A stretch of 37,044 nt of DNA from Verrucomicrobiia bacterium (GCA_040378625.1 JBEIMO010000001.1:1-37044); one strand, 5' to 3'. Positions 1-12,424 are shown, counted from the stretch's first letter. Program-made: numbers and translations. Notes: generated by a model from the letters alone, not told the origin.

Positions 1-1046
1 GCCATATTGGCCGCTGCCTAAAGTCGGTCGAAGGTATCGCCGATGAGATTGTCGTGGTCGATACGGGTTCTGCCGATCGAACAAAATCAATCGCCCTAGA
101 GTGTGGAGCGAAGGTGCTGGATTTCCCGTGGATCGATGATTTCAGTGCAGCTCGCAATCATGCCTTGGAGGCTGCGCGCGGCCGATGGATTCTTGTTTTG
201 GATGCGGACGAGTATCTTCCGGAAGCCAGTGTTCAAGCTATTCAAGAGATCACAAAATCAATCGGCGAAAAGCCGCGAGCATATCATTTGATTAACAAAA
301 GCTCGACGGACAATGGGGTGACTGGGATGTCGGGACATATTGTGCGGCTCTTTCCAAACGATCCGCGTGTGCGCTACGAGTGGCCGGTGCATGAGCAGGT
401 CGTCACGAGTCTCCATCGCGCAGGGATTCCTATTGAGAATACTTCGATAGAAATCATTCACACGGGATACTCCAGCGTGGAAGTTAATGCGGCCAAGCAG
501 GCACGAAACCTTCGCATTCTCGAAACCATTACAGCAGCAGAAAAAGAATCTCATCCAATGGCATGGTTTCTTAAAGGCGGTGCGCTTTTAGATCTGGGTA
601 GGACGGAAGAAGCGCTTTCAGCCTACAATCATTGTGCAGCGATGACCCTGGCGGGCGATTCCGTTCATGAGGGTGCCCTCGTCAGAAAAGCAACATGCCT
701 CACGGAGTTGAAACGACCGGAGGAAATTTGCGCAATAAATCCCCAGACGCCGCAATCAACTTGGCACCCAGAATTGCTTTTCTATCGAGGTCAGGCTGAG
801 TTGGAAGTCGGTCATTCGAGGGACGGCCTGATTTTTTTGCATAGTGTTTTTGAAACGGCATCGCGACCAATGATTCCGGCATATGATCCTGTGCGAATTA
901 GGATTCGCGCGCTGATGGCCATCGCCTCTATTTGGGAAAAAATGGATCCATCCCGTGGCGTTGCATTGCTTCGATTGGCATCAGACGCTTTAAAAACAGG
1001 CCGGCAAATTACTCTGGAGGAAGTTCTCGCGATTCAAAGAACATGA
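1..1046 (+). CDS. Family 2 glycosyltransferase with a C-terminal helical/TPR-like region (5' end truncated by the window edge)
   Basis: The frame stays open from nt 3 (HIGRCLKSVEGIADEIVVVDTGSADRT...). GT2 signatures are present: 'VVVDTGS.D.T', 'NHALEAARGRWILVLDADE' (DxD). The C-terminal half is helical-repeat-like. Stop at 1046. Confidence 0.8.
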   Translation, partial: HIGRCLKSVEGIADEIVVVDTGSADRTKSIALECGAKVLDFPWIDDFSAARNHALEAARGRWILVLDADEYLPEASVQAIQEITKSIGEKPRAYHLINKSSTDNGVTGMSGHIVRLFPNDPRVRYEWPVHEQVVTSLHRAGIPIENTSIEIIHTGYSSVEVNAAKQARNLRILETITAAEKESHPMAWFLKGGALLDLGRTEEALSAYNHCAAMTLAGDSVHEGALVRKATCLTELKRPEEICAINPQTPQSTWHPELLFYRGQAELEVGHSRDGLIFLHSVFETASRPMIPAYDPVRIRIRALMAIASIWEKMDPSRGVALLRLASDALKTGRQITLEEVLAIQRT

Positions 1047-1115
1047 GTATCAAGGAATCGAAAGCCTCAATGGCTTCGCTCGACATTTGCACTGGGTCTC
1101 CCGCATTCTTTCGCA

Positions 1116-2138
1116 ATGAGCGATCTGGACCGAAAAACGATTTCTGAACTTCGCAAGGAATGCCGGGGCACTTCACTCGCTGCTTGTGTGTGGGGACAGG
1201 CCGATGAATTAAATAAAAAAGATTCCTCCAATGGGAAACCCTATTGGGAACTTAAACTCCGTGATGCTGGAGATGTGATGACATTGCGGGCTTGGGCGGA
1301 TACGGATGCATTTCGTAGTTGCGATGAGCTCGAACGAGGGGAATGCGTAGAAATTGAGGGTGAATTTGCGATCAACGGCGCATTCGGTCTGGATGCCCGT
1401 CGCTGGCGGATGCGCGTGCTCACGCCAGAGGAAATGCAATCCCTTTTTGCTGGCGGAGAAAGTGAAATTGCAGCTGTGGAAAAGGACTATGGAGATGTTG
1501 TTCAATTGGTCGAAGGAATCCGCGATCCGCGCCTTCTCGCGCTGTGCCGTTTGTTTCTTCAGGAATTTGGAACCCGCTTCCAACGCGCTGCCGCGGCCCG
1601 TCAGAACCACCATGCCCATCGTGGCGGGTTGCTGCGTCATACAGGGCAAATGATGCGAACGGCCGATGCGTTATGCTCGGCATATCCCAATTTGAATCGC
1701 GGCCTTCTGCTCGCCGGCGTTCTTTTTCATGATTGCGGAAAACTTTGGGAGGTCTGCCCTCCAGAGACGGGATTTGAAATTCCTCGTGAATTACGCGGAG
1801 AGCTCCTTGGGCACATCAGCATCGGGATCGAGTTGGTGAATACGCTTTGGCGAAAACTCCCTCTTGAGGAATGGCGCGAAAGCACGCCTGCATCAGAAGA
1901 TGTCCGCATGCACCTTCTTCACCTCATCGCGGCGCATCATGGAGAATTGCAGTTCGGCTCGCCGGTTGAACCCAAGACGCCGGAAGCTATTGCGCTCAAT
2001 ATGGTCGATAACCTTGATGCGCGACTCGAAATGATCTCCGCCGCCTATGTAAAACAACCGGAAATTGCGCCGGGCATCCATGAGCGTGTCCGCACACTCA
2101 ACACCTCGCCGGTGAAACCACTGGCCGCTTGGGAATAG
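1116..2138 (+). CDS. OB-fold plus HD-domain phosphohydrolase (YhaM-like 3'-5' exoribonuclease family)
   Basis: The N-terminal ~100 aa looks like an OB-fold. HD-domain motifs follow: 'HHAHRGGLLRHT', 'LFHDCGK', 'AAHHGE'. ATG at 1116. Confidence 0.65.
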   Translation: MSDLDRKTISELRKECRGTSLAACVWGQADELNKKDSSNGKPYWELKLRDAGDVMTLRAWADTDAFRSCDELERGECVEIEGEFAINGAFGLDARRWRMRVLTPEEMQSLFAGGESEIAAVEKDYGDVVQLVEGIRDPRLLALCRLFLQEFGTRFQRAAAARQNHHAHRGGLLRHTGQMMRTADALCSAYPNLNRGLLLAGVLFHDCGKLWEVCPPETGFEIPRELRGELLGHISIGIELVNTLWRKLPLEEWRESTPASEDVRMHLLHLIAAHHGELQFGSPVEPKTPEAIALNMVDNLDARLEMISAAYVKQPEIAPGIHERVRTLNTSPVKPLAAWE

Positions 2139-2189
2139 AGGTTGGTTCAAACGCTGGCTATTTCTGAAATCGAACGATTAGGCTAAGGC

Positions 2190-3191
2190 ATGTCCGAAAC
2201 CACTCACGAAACGCTTCGCCAACTTCTCTGCGAACTCGGTATCGCAATACGTGATGCCGTGATTTCGCGTCGTAGTGGATTGAATGCCGCGCATCTTGCG
2301 GCAGTCACGGGTCATGCTGGTGGTGATACGATTTATGCGGTCGATAAGTTCAGCGAGGAAGCGATCATCACTTGGTTCACGGCCCGCTGGCCCAAAGAAT
2401 TTCGGGTTCAGATCGTGATGGAGGGAATCGAGCATCACCTCTGCTTCCCCGAGGGAACGCCGATTGAGGCAACGGATTGGAAGTGCATTATCGATCCGAT
2501 CGATGGCACGCGTGGGATCATGTATGACAAGCGAAGCGCATGGGCTCTGGCTGCAATTGCTCCACAAAAGGGAGCTGAAACCATGCTCTCTCAGATCGTC
2601 GCGGCTGCGATGACGGAAATTCCCACTTCTCGTCAATGGCGCGCGGATCAATTCAGCGCCACAGCTTCAGGAGAAATCCACGGACAGGCTTTTGATGTGC
2701 GCGCGGGTTGCGTAGAACCTCTCCTTCCCTCACCCTCTACGGCGACACAGTTTGCCCATGGTTTTTCTTCTCTGGTAAAATTCTTTCCCGAGGGACGAAC
2801 CTTAACGGCTCAAATCGAGGAGCGTTTGTGGGATGAATTGATCGGCCTCAACAGTTCGCCGTCGCCAACCATTTTTGATGATCAGTATATATCCACCGGC
2901 GGGCAGTTCTATGAACTCCTCAGCGGCCGGGATCGGATGATCGGTGACCTTCGGCCACTCATCTTCCGCGCACTCGATATGGAATCCTCGCTCGTCTGCC
3001 ATCCCTATGATTGCTGCACGGCGCTTTTGCTCAAAAAAGCGGGCATCATTTACGAACATCCGCTTGGTGGATTTCCTGACGCGCCTTTAGACACGGAGAG
3101 CGGGGTGGCTTGGGTGGCTTATGCCAACGAAACGCTCGCCGCGTTGGCTCGTCCGAAATTGCAAAAAATCTTGGGGCAATTTCTCGCATGA
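2190..3191 (+). CDS. Inositol monophosphatase / FBPase-like family phosphatase
   Basis: Metal-binding motif 'IIDPIDGTRG' plus a C-terminal 'HPYDCCTALLLKKAG' (WD-x-AAG-like variant). The size (333 aa) fits the family. Confidence 0.6.
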   Translation: MSETTHETLRQLLCELGIAIRDAVISRRSGLNAAHLAAVTGHAGGDTIYAVDKFSEEAIITWFTARWPKEFRVQIVMEGIEHHLCFPEGTPIEATDWKCIIDPIDGTRGIMYDKRSAWALAAIAPQKGAETMLSQIVAAAMTEIPTSRQWRADQFSATASGEIHGQAFDVRAGCVEPLLPSPSTATQFAHGFSSLVKFFPEGRTLTAQIEERLWDELIGLNSSPSPTIFDDQYISTGGQFYELLSGRDRMIGDLRPLIFRALDMESSLVCHPYDCCTALLLKKAGIIYEHPLGGFPDAPLDTESGVAWVAYANETLAALARPKLQKILGQFLA

Positions 3192-3820
3192 CGCGCGAAC
3201 GACTCCTCGCCTTGGTTGGCGCTACAATCTTGCGCTCGCTGTTTTTGACGCTTCGACTTCGGTTCGACGATCCGCATGGATTCACGGAAATAACGCATTC
3301 TAAACCCTTCATTTTTTGCTTTTGGCATAATCGGATTCTCGGAATCACATTTGCCTTTCATTCCATTTACCCGAAACGCCGCGCTGGCGTGACCGTGCTA
3401 ACGAGCGCCAGCAAGGATGGGGAAATTCTTGCGCAACTTGTGGGAGCGTTTGGCATGGGGGCTGCCCGTGGATCAAGCTCCCGAAGGGGTTCTCGAGCGC
3501 TTCTTGAGCTTGTTCGTCTCGCTCGCACTGGGCGGGATATCGCTATCACTCCCGACGGCCCGAGAGGTCCGCGTTATGCCCTTGGGCCTGGCGTTATCCA
3601 ACTCGCTGAGTCTGCAGCTGCAAACATTATCCCAATGCATGCTTCGTTTTCTCGGTGCATCCGAATGAAAACATGGGACGGATTCATCATCCCGTTGCCA
3701 TTTTCCAAAGTGTCAGTCAGGGTAGATAAACCTATCGAGATTCCCTCGGAATTGGATGCTGAGGGATTTGAAGCGGAACGAAAAAAACTGGAGGATATTT
3801 TAAAAAATGGTGCGGATTGA
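3188..3820 (+). CDS. DUF374-type lysophospholipid acyltransferase-like protein
   Basis: The internal ATG at 3188 forms an ATGA overlap with the upstream stop (3189-3191). 'FWHNR...', 'SKDGE', '[11 protein letters not shown]' resemble DUF374/LPLAT-family proteins. The 5' extension in the ORF track (from 3110) overlaps the upstream gene and is unlikely to be real. Confidence 0.6.
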   Translation: MTRERLLALVGATILRSLFLTLRLRFDDPHGFTEITHSKPFIFCFWHNRILGITFAFHSIYPKRRAGVTVLTSASKDGEILAQLVGAFGMGAARGSSSRRGSRALLELVRLARTGRDIAITPDGPRGPRYALGPGVIQLAESAAANIIPMHASFSRCIRMKTWDGFIIPLPFSKVSVRVDKPIEIPSELDAEGFEAERKKLEDILKNGAD

Positions 3821-4685
3821 TGGAAATGCCGTTGCGGCGAAAGTGATGGAAGAAACACGCGCGAGGATCGCATCCTTGGCGCAGCGCGGAATCAAGCCTG
3901 GACTCGCCGTTGTGCTTGTTGGGGATGATCCCGCCTCCCGTGCCTATGTGCGCTCAAAAGACCGCAAAGCCGCTGATCTTGGTTTGTATTCGGTCAAAAA
4001 AGAACTTCCCGCAAATACAATGAAGGCCGAGCTTCTCGCAATCGTTCAGGAACTGAACAACGACCCTGCCATCCACGGTATTCTCGTGCAGTCGCCGCCT
4101 CCTGCGCACATCGACGAGGCCGAGATCGTGAGAGCCATCGATCCCCGCAAAGATGTGGATGGGTTCCATCCCGTCAATGTCGCCAAGTTGGCGATGGAGG
4201 ATTCGACGGGTTTTGTTCCCTGCACGCCGCTTGGATGTATCCGCTTGTTACTTGAGGCAGGGATTGAAACAGCAGGCCGCCGTGCCGTTGTTGTTGGACG
4301 CAGCATGATTGTTGGAAAACCCATGGCTTTGCTGCTCATGCGGCGAGGTCCAGGAGGCGATGCAACGGTGACGGTCGCTCACTCCCGCACTCGTAATCTA
4401 GCAGAGGTTACCCGCGAGGCGGATATAGTCATCGCGGCGATTGGACGTCCGCATTTTCTGGGTGCGGAGCACATTCGTGAAGGCGCCGTTGTTATCGATG
4501 TCGGTATAAACCGCGTTGAGGATCCTTCAAATCCTAAAGGCTATCGATTGGTCGGTGATGTCGATTATGACGCCGTAGCGGATCGTTGTGCAGCTATCAC
4601 TCCAGTTCCCGGCGGGGTCGGTCCAATGACGATTGCCATGCTCATGGCAAATTGCGTCACCGCCGCCGAACGTCTCACGGCCTGA
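3807..4685 (+). CDS. folD: Bifunctional methylenetetrahydrofolate dehydrogenase / methenyl-THF cyclohydrolase
   Basis: Motifs '[14 protein letters not shown]', 'GILVQSPPP', '[12 protein letters not shown]', '[11 protein letters not shown]'. Length 292 aa. Confidence 0.92.
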   Translation: MVRIDGNAVAAKVMEETRARIASLAQRGIKPGLAVVLVGDDPASRAYVRSKDRKAADLGLYSVKKELPANTMKAELLAIVQELNNDPAIHGILVQSPPPAHIDEAEIVRAIDPRKDVDGFHPVNVAKLAMEDSTGFVPCTPLGCIRLLLEAGIETAGRRAVVVGRSMIVGKPMALLLMRRGPGGDATVTVAHSRTRNLAEVTREADIVIAAIGRPHFLGAEHIREGAVVIDVGINRVEDPSNPKGYRLVGDVDYDAVADRCAAITPVPGGVGPMTIAMLMANCVTAAERLTA

Positions 4686-4699
4686 TTTTAGGAGATGGG

Positions 4700-6508
4700 T
4701 TAAAAATTCTGGGCCCACGCAGGAGGCGGGGTCTCAAATGATTTTCTTGTGCGGTCGCTGGGGTGCGTGAATGCCAATTTCCATGCATGGAGGCAAAGCG
4801 GGGGCTCGCCAAGAGTGAGCGTTTGACGTGCGCCAAGTTTTCCGTCCGCAAGGTAAAGTGGATCGCCGCAGATTGGCAGGCCGAGATGCCAGAGGTGCAC
4901 GCGGATTTGATTGGTGCGACCAGTCAGTGGTCTTGCTTCCAGTAAAGACGTGCCATCGGCATTATATTTAAGAACACGAAATTCCGTGCGAGAAGGCAGG
5001 CCGTTTACTGGGTCAATCACGCGTGAGCCAGCCCCCGATGGCTGGTCGCTGATCGCCGCATCGCAATAAAACCGTTCTTCGTGAGGTCGCCCTTGAACAC
5101 GAACGAGGTAAGTCTTTTCGACTTCGCCGCGTTCAAATTGCGGTTGAAGAAATTTTGCAAAATGCCGAGTTCGTGAAAAAACAACGAGGCCAGTCGTGTT
5201 TGCATCGAGTCGGTGAGCCGGTCTTGGTTTTTGCGGATAGCAAGCCGTATGAAGTATCGATTGCAGGGTGTTGCGATTAAACCGTCCGCTAGGATGCAAT
5301 GGCAGGGGCGCGGGCTTGTTGATGACAATGATCGCCTCGTCGTCGTGGAGAATACGAATTGCGGCATCAACAGCAGGTTCGATGGTTGCAGGTAGCTTGC
5401 GTAAATATCGTTCGCCCGCTTGCACGGGTTGCAAAGAGGCAACAGGCCGATGATCTGTAGTCAGAATAAGGCCGGAAGCAAAAAGCTCGTGCCATTCCGA
5501 AGATGGCGTATGTGGAAAAATGGCCTCGAGTGTTTCGCCCAGCGTTGTGCCATCCATTTCCAGTGGGATGGTGATAGGGCGAAAATTATCATAGGCAATG
5601 CTTCCCGGAAGCGGCGTTGCTGCAGCTTGAATGGCCGCCTCCAGCACGGTGATCCTCTCCTGCATTTGTTCTGCGGGCGTCTTGAAGCAATAAGGGCAGG
5701 ATTTTCCAGCGACATAACGGGGGTCTTTTTGATCATCACCCGTCAGCGGAGCCAGACAATGGAAGCATTGGGAGGAATCCGTTTCATGGAGTGCTGGGTC
5801 AACGCCGACACGCTGATCGAAAACAAAACATTCGCCGTCATAGTGCGATCCGCCGCATTCCTCGAAGTATTTCAGGATTCCGCCATCGAGCTGATAGATG
5901 TTTCGGTAGCCTTGGCTCTCCATGTAGGGCCCTGCCTTCTCGCAGCGAATCCCTCCGGTGCAGAACATAACCACCGGCTCGTCTTTCAGGGTTTCTGGCA
6001 AATTCTCAACCGCTTTGGGAAAATCGCGAAAATGGTCGATGCCGGCGGGGAGTGCTCCGCGAAATGTGCCGAGCTTGATTTCATAATCGTTGCGCGTATC
6101 GAGCAGTGTGATCTTGCGTCCCTCGTCGAGCCATTGTTTCAGCGTTGTGGCTGGCAGTTTCGGCGATGTGCGGCGCGCAGGGTTGATGCCCTCAACGCCA
6201 AAGGCGATGATCTCTTTTTTAATCCGAACCAACATTCGTGAGAATGGTTGGTGGGCGCTTTCGCTGAATTTTGGTGTCAAAGCACTCAAGCCGGGAATGC
6301 TGCGCAATTCAGCGACAAGGACATCGATGCCCTCTCGGTCGCCCGCAACGAAGAGGTTAATTCCCTCGGTGCTGAGCAGGATCGTTCCCTTAAGTGTCTG
6401 AGCCTTGCAGAGGGCGATCAATCGTAGGCGGAGTTCCTTGAGATCGGATAATTCCGCAAACAGATAAGCGGCGATATTGACGATTTTTTTCGGAGCAATC
6501 GCTGTCAC
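4700..6508 (-). CDS. Fusion protein: TrhO/YceA-type rhodanese tRNA U34 hydroxylase (N-terminal) plus RluA-family pseudouridine synthase (C-terminal)
   Basis: aa 1-~290 are UPF0176/TrhO-like ('GTILLSTEGINL', rhodanese loop 'FCTGGIRCEKA', Cys cluster 'CFHC...CPYC'). aa ~370-602 are RluA-like ('VINKPAPLPLHPSG', catalytic 'HRLDANTTGLVVF', 'GRTNQIRVHL'). It is a single uninterrupted 602-aa ORF. Confidence 0.8.
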   Translation of the reverse strand: MTAIAPKKIVNIAAYLFAELSDLKELRLRLIALCKAQTLKGTILLSTEGINLFVAGDREGIDVLVAELRSIPGLSALTPKFSESAHQPFSRMLVRIKKEIIAFGVEGINPARRTSPKLPATTLKQWLDEGRKITLLDTRNDYEIKLGTFRGALPAGIDHFRDFPKAVENLPETLKDEPVVMFCTGGIRCEKAGPYMESQGYRNIYQLDGGILKYFEECGGSHYDGECFVFDQRVGVDPALHETDSSQCFHCLAPLTGDDQKDPRYVAGKSCPYCFKTPAEQMQERITVLEAAIQAAATPLPGSIAYDNFRPITIPLEMDGTTLGETLEAIFPHTPSSEWHELFASGLILTTDHRPVASLQPVQAGERYLRKLPATIEPAVDAAIRILHDDEAIIVINKPAPLPLHPSGRFNRNTLQSILHTACYPQKPRPAHRLDANTTGLVVFSRTRHFAKFLQPQFERGEVEKTYLVRVQGRPHEERFYCDAAISDQPSGAGSRVIDPVNGLPSRTEFRVLKYNADGTSLLEARPLTGRTNQIRVHLWHLGLPICGDPLYLADGKLGARQTLTLGEPPLCLHAWKLAFTHPSDRTRKSFETPPPAWAQNF

Positions 6509-6518
6509 GGGATGAATC

Positions 6519-7220
6519 TTACACTCCGCCGTAACGGCGTGAGCGGGATTTGTAATCCTCCACGGCAGCGAGCAGATCTTCCTTTTGAAAATCAGGCCAA
6601 TACTTTTTCGTTACATGGATTTCCGTGTAGCTCAGTTGCCAGAGAAGGAAATTGGAAATTCGCATCTCGCCGGAGGTGCGGATGAGTAAATCAGGGTCGG
6701 GGATTCCTGCCGTGTTGAGGCGGGTGTCAAAAAGCTCAGGAGTAATATCCTCTTCGCGCAATGTTCCTGCAGCCACCTCGTGCGAAACGGATTTTACGGC
6801 ATCAATAATCTCCGTGCGGCCGCTGTAGTTGATCGCCAAAACAAGATGCAGCCGCGTGTTGGAAGCCGTGGCCGTCATGACTTCATCCAACTTTCTTTGG
6901 CAGATGGAAGGAAGTTCGGCGCGGCGTCCGATATGGTGCAGACGGATCCCTTCGCGGACCATTTCGTCTCGCTTTTGGTTCAGGAATTTTTCCAGCAGGA
7001 GCATTAGACCGTTCACCTCGATCGCCGGGCGTTTCCAATTTTCCGAGGAAAATGCGTAGAGGGTGAGATATTCGATCCCCGAGTCGAGGCAGGCTTGAAC
7101 GCAGCGCTCGATGGCCTTTGAGCCGGCCTCATGACCGGCAAGGCGCGGCAACCCGCGTTGCTGAGCCCAGCGTCCATTGCCGTCCATAATGACGGCTATG
7201 TGCCTCGGAATTTCGCTCAC
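6519..7220 (-). CDS. uppS: Isoprenyl transferase (undecaprenyl-diphosphate synthase)
   Basis: Motifs 'HIAVIMDGNGRWA', 'SSENWKRP', 'LIRTSGEMRISNFLLWQ'. Confidence 0.92.
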   Translation of the reverse strand: MSEIPRHIAVIMDGNGRWAQQRGLPRLAGHEAGSKAIERCVQACLDSGIEYLTLYAFSSENWKRPAIEVNGLMLLLEKFLNQKRDEMVREGIRLHHIGRRAELPSICQRKLDEVMTATASNTRLHLVLAINYSGRTEIIDAVKSVSHEVAAGTLREEDITPELFDTRLNTAGIPDPDLLIRTSGEMRISNFLLWQLSYTEIHVTKKYWPDFQKEDLLAAVEDYKSRSRRYGGV

Positions 7221-7222
7221 AA

Positions 7223-9719
<2,497 letters not shown>

Positions 9720-11075
9720 AAGTTCCTAATTCTCGGGCCAGTTTTTCAAAAATTTCCAATACGCGATCGAGGTCCTCATCGGTATGAGTGGCCATGAAGC
9801 TTGTGCGCACGATCGCCTCACCATAGCGGACAGCGGGATAAATCGCAGGCGTTGCAAAGATGCCTTCTTCAAAAAGGCGCTGAGTGAAAACAAAGGCCTT
9901 CGTCTCGCTGCCTATGAGGATGGGAACGATTGGTGTTTTTGTTTCACCAATATTGAATCCGATCCGCTTGAATCCCTCGTGCATTTTGCGGGTGTTGCGC
10001 CAGAGTTGATCAATGCGCCAAGTTTCCTCCTGCATCAATTCCAGCGCCTTCATCACTCCCCCGACAATCGCCGGTGCCAGTGCCGCTGTGAAAATCAGGC
10101 AGCGCGAGCGATGTTTGAGATATTCAATCAACTGCGCATCCCCCGCAATGAAGCCGCCCATCGATCCGAGGGACTTCGAAAAGGTGCCCATCACAATATC
10201 TACCTGATCATTCAATCCAAAATGATCCACAGATCCTCTACCTTGACGGCCAAGGACGCCGAGGGAATGGGCTTCATCCACATAAACGAGGGCGCTGTGA
10301 CGTTTCGAGACAGGCACAATCTCGGGAAGGTTTGCGATGTCGCCAGACATGCTGAAAACACCATCCATAATAACCAAACGACCGGCTTCATCCGGCAAAC
10401 GTTTAAGACGATTTTCCAGAGATGTTGCCGAATTGTGGCGGAAGGGAATCAGCTTCGCCGGAGCAAACTGGCAGCCATCGATGATACTCGCATGGTTTTC
10501 ACGGTCACAAAGAATGGCATCCCCATCCTCAGTCAGGGCGATCAGTGCGCCCTGGTTGGCAAAAAATCCGGTTGAAAAGAGGATCGCATCTTCACGTCCG
10601 AGAAAACCCGCAAGCGCTTCTTCAAGTTCCACATGAAGTTTGATGGTGCCATTCAGTAGTCGCGAGCCTGTGCAACCCGCTCCGTAGCGTCGAGTTGCCT
10701 CACAAGCCGCCTCCACCACGCGCGGGTCTTGAGCCAACCCGAGGTAGTTATTCGAGCCGATCATAATTTTCGGCTGACCATCGCAAATCACATAGTTGCC
10801 ATGCGGTTCTTCGATGGAGCGGAAATAAGGATAAAATCCCTGCGCCCGAGCATCAGCGGTATCTCTGTATTCCCGGCACTTCTGATAGAGATCTTTCGGA
10901 CTTTTTGACATTTCTGTAACAAACAAGAGTCCCCATTCTGCACGATAAGTAAATAAATTTCACCCTTCCTTTGGGGGTCGGATTTTTGAGAGAAGGGCCA
11001 AAATTTAGGCTCTTCGCTTTATGGAGTTGAGAGGAGAATTTCCGTATGAAGAAGGATTAAGACCAGAGCCTAATA

Positions 11076-11609
11076 TCATCCTAAGTTTGGTCCATTCGTT
11101 GGCTTTGAGTTTGATATCGAGTAGTTGATGCCTTTGGACTCATCGTATTTGAAAGCCAAAATATCAATTGGCACTAAAACGCCCTCCTCGGATTTGACGA
11201 AGTTTCCCGAATGAGCATCGGCGACTTCAATCCCGATACACGAATTCACGAAAACGCCTTCGCGGTGAAGGTCCTTTTGAAAACCATATTTCTGGAGAAA
11301 ATCCTCAATTTGTTTTGGGGTGATTTTTCGGGAACTTTTTTTTCTGACAATGAAATCCTGGGCGTGGAGCAATCCTAGCGCGCCATCTGGATGTCGAAAT
11401 TTTCCTATGATTGTTGCCGTATCATGGAATGCCTCATTAACTGCGGCAATTCGTCTGAGGTATTCTAATGGGGAGCTTTTTCCTGATCCTTGTGAAATGG
11501 AGTGACCGAACCTGCCGTAGGCTGTGGCCTTAAAAACTTTTCTCTCGTCTGGGAAAAACCAGATCAGGTGCTCGGATGCTTCAGTGTCTGGTTTACCCAG
11601 ACTTGCCAA
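11076..11609 (-). CDS. Hypothetical mini-kinase-like protein (APH/choline-kinase-like catalytic loop); possibly a 5'-damaged pseudogene
   Basis: 'RKVFKAT' (beta3-Lys-like), 'VADAHSGNFV' (D-x-H-x-GN catalytic loop) and 'VPIDIL' (metal-binding Asp). The first canonical start is TTG at 11609, but the frame stays open for 59 more codons up to ~11786. AT-rich relative to neighbours. It lies directly downstream of the tRNA-Ser 3' end. Confidence 0.45.
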   Translation of the reverse strand: MASLGKPDTEASEHLIWFFPDERKVFKATAYGRFGHSISQGSGKSSPLEYLRRIAAVNEAFHDTATIIGKFRHPDGALGLLHAQDFIVRKKSSRKITPKQIEDFLQKYGFQKDLHREGVFVNSCIGIEVADAHSGNFVKSEEGVLVPIDILAFKYDESKGINYSISNSKPTNGPNLG

Positions 11610-11857
11610 ATTCTGCCACGGGATTCCATCTGCTCTTTCGATGGCCAGAATTTGTCCAGCGATTTGGGATGTGCTGGGTTGTGCTTTCTGAATTGATTGC
11701 GCGCTTGCTGCAATGTCACAGGCGATTTTTTGCGAGGCTGTAATAGCGTTCCTCCCATGGAGTTTTGGTAACCCTTTTGATTCATCGAGTCAACATTGTT
11801 AGTCTTCATGGGAGGGCGACATAAAAGTGGTATTTTATTATCGGATAACCTTCTCAC

Positions 11858-11945
11858 TGGCGGATGGGGGGGGATTCGAACCCCCGATACCTTTCGGTAT
11901 ACACGCTTTCCAGGCGTGCGCAATCGACCACTCTGCCACCCATCC
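11858..11945 (-). tRNA. tRNA-Ser (anticodon GGA)
   Basis: The reverse complement reads GGATGGG-TG-GCAG...CACGC-CTGGAAA-GCGTG-(16-nt variable arm)-GGGGG-TTCGAAT-CCCCC-CCCATCC-G-CCA. It has a 7-bp acceptor stem, a T-loop TTCGAAT, a long variable arm, anticodon loop CU-GGA-AA and an encoded CCA. Confidence 0.93.
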
Positions 11946-12078
11946 TTAGTGCGAAGTTGAGAAGTTAGGGGAATCACCTGCTTTTGACAATCATTGCTTG
12001 CGATTCGGTGCATAAAAACCTTCGGGGAAATCGAAAAAACGTGCGTTGTTAATGATCGTTATTCGGTGATAATGCGGC

Positions 12079-12405
12079 ATGCCCGCTAAGCAATCTCGCG
12101 CAGCCCTTGAAAAGATCGCCCAGAGTTTCCGAGCGCTTTCGGAGCCTACGCGATTGAGCATTTTGCAGGAACTCAAGGATGGGCCTAAAACCGTCAATGA
12201 GCTGGTCGAAATCATCGGCACGTCGCAAGCCAACATTTCCAAGCAATTGTCCGTGCTGCGCGATGCGGGTTTTCTAAAACGTGAACAGCGTGGAACGCAT
12301 GCTTCCTATTCTATCGGCGAGCCCATGGTGATGGAGCTTTGCAAGTTGGTGTGTGACGGCCTGAATCGCCGTGCCATGCAGTCGGTGGAAATATTTTCGA
12401 TTTAG
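12079..12405 (+). CDS. ArsR/SmtB-family winged-helix transcriptional regulator
   Basis: 'LSEPTRLSILQELKDGPKTVNELVEIIGTSQANISKQLSVLRDAGFL' is a typical ArsR HTH. Length 108 aa. Confidence 0.85.
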   Translation: MPAKQSRAALEKIAQSFRALSEPTRLSILQELKDGPKTVNELVEIIGTSQANISKQLSVLRDAGFLKREQRGTHASYSIGEPMVMELCKLVCDGLNRRAMQSVEIFSI

Positions 12406-12424
12406 GCTTGGGAGTTCGTCGTTC

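Noticed and set aside
5420-6241. 273-aa plus-strand ORF, plus several similar long ORFs opposite annotated genes: 9784..10575 +, 19649..20623 -, 20810..21655 -, 23591..24391 -, 24370..25146 -, 27059..27745 -, 30450..31244 -, 35482..36201 +, 36489..36938 -
   Set aside because: Each lies entirely antisense to, or out of frame with, a gene that has unambiguous family motifs. Their translations are Arg/Cys/His-rich, low-information sequence with no recognisable motifs. These are shadow ORFs, as expected in GC-moderate DNA.
10968-10992. Possible attR-like partial copy of the tRNA-Ser 3' end (TTTGGGGGTCGGATTTTTGA versus ATGGGGGGGGATTCGAACCC)
   Set aside because: Only about 10-12 scattered matching bases, which is indistinguishable from chance by eye. 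The islet's distal boundary therefore remains undefined.
11564-12013. 149-aa minus-strand ORF spanning the tRNA-Ser gene
   Set aside because: It overlaps the whole tRNA, so it cannot be a genuine CDS across that span. Only its ATG at 11810 is relevant, as a possible original start of the frameshifted kinase-like gene (see finding).
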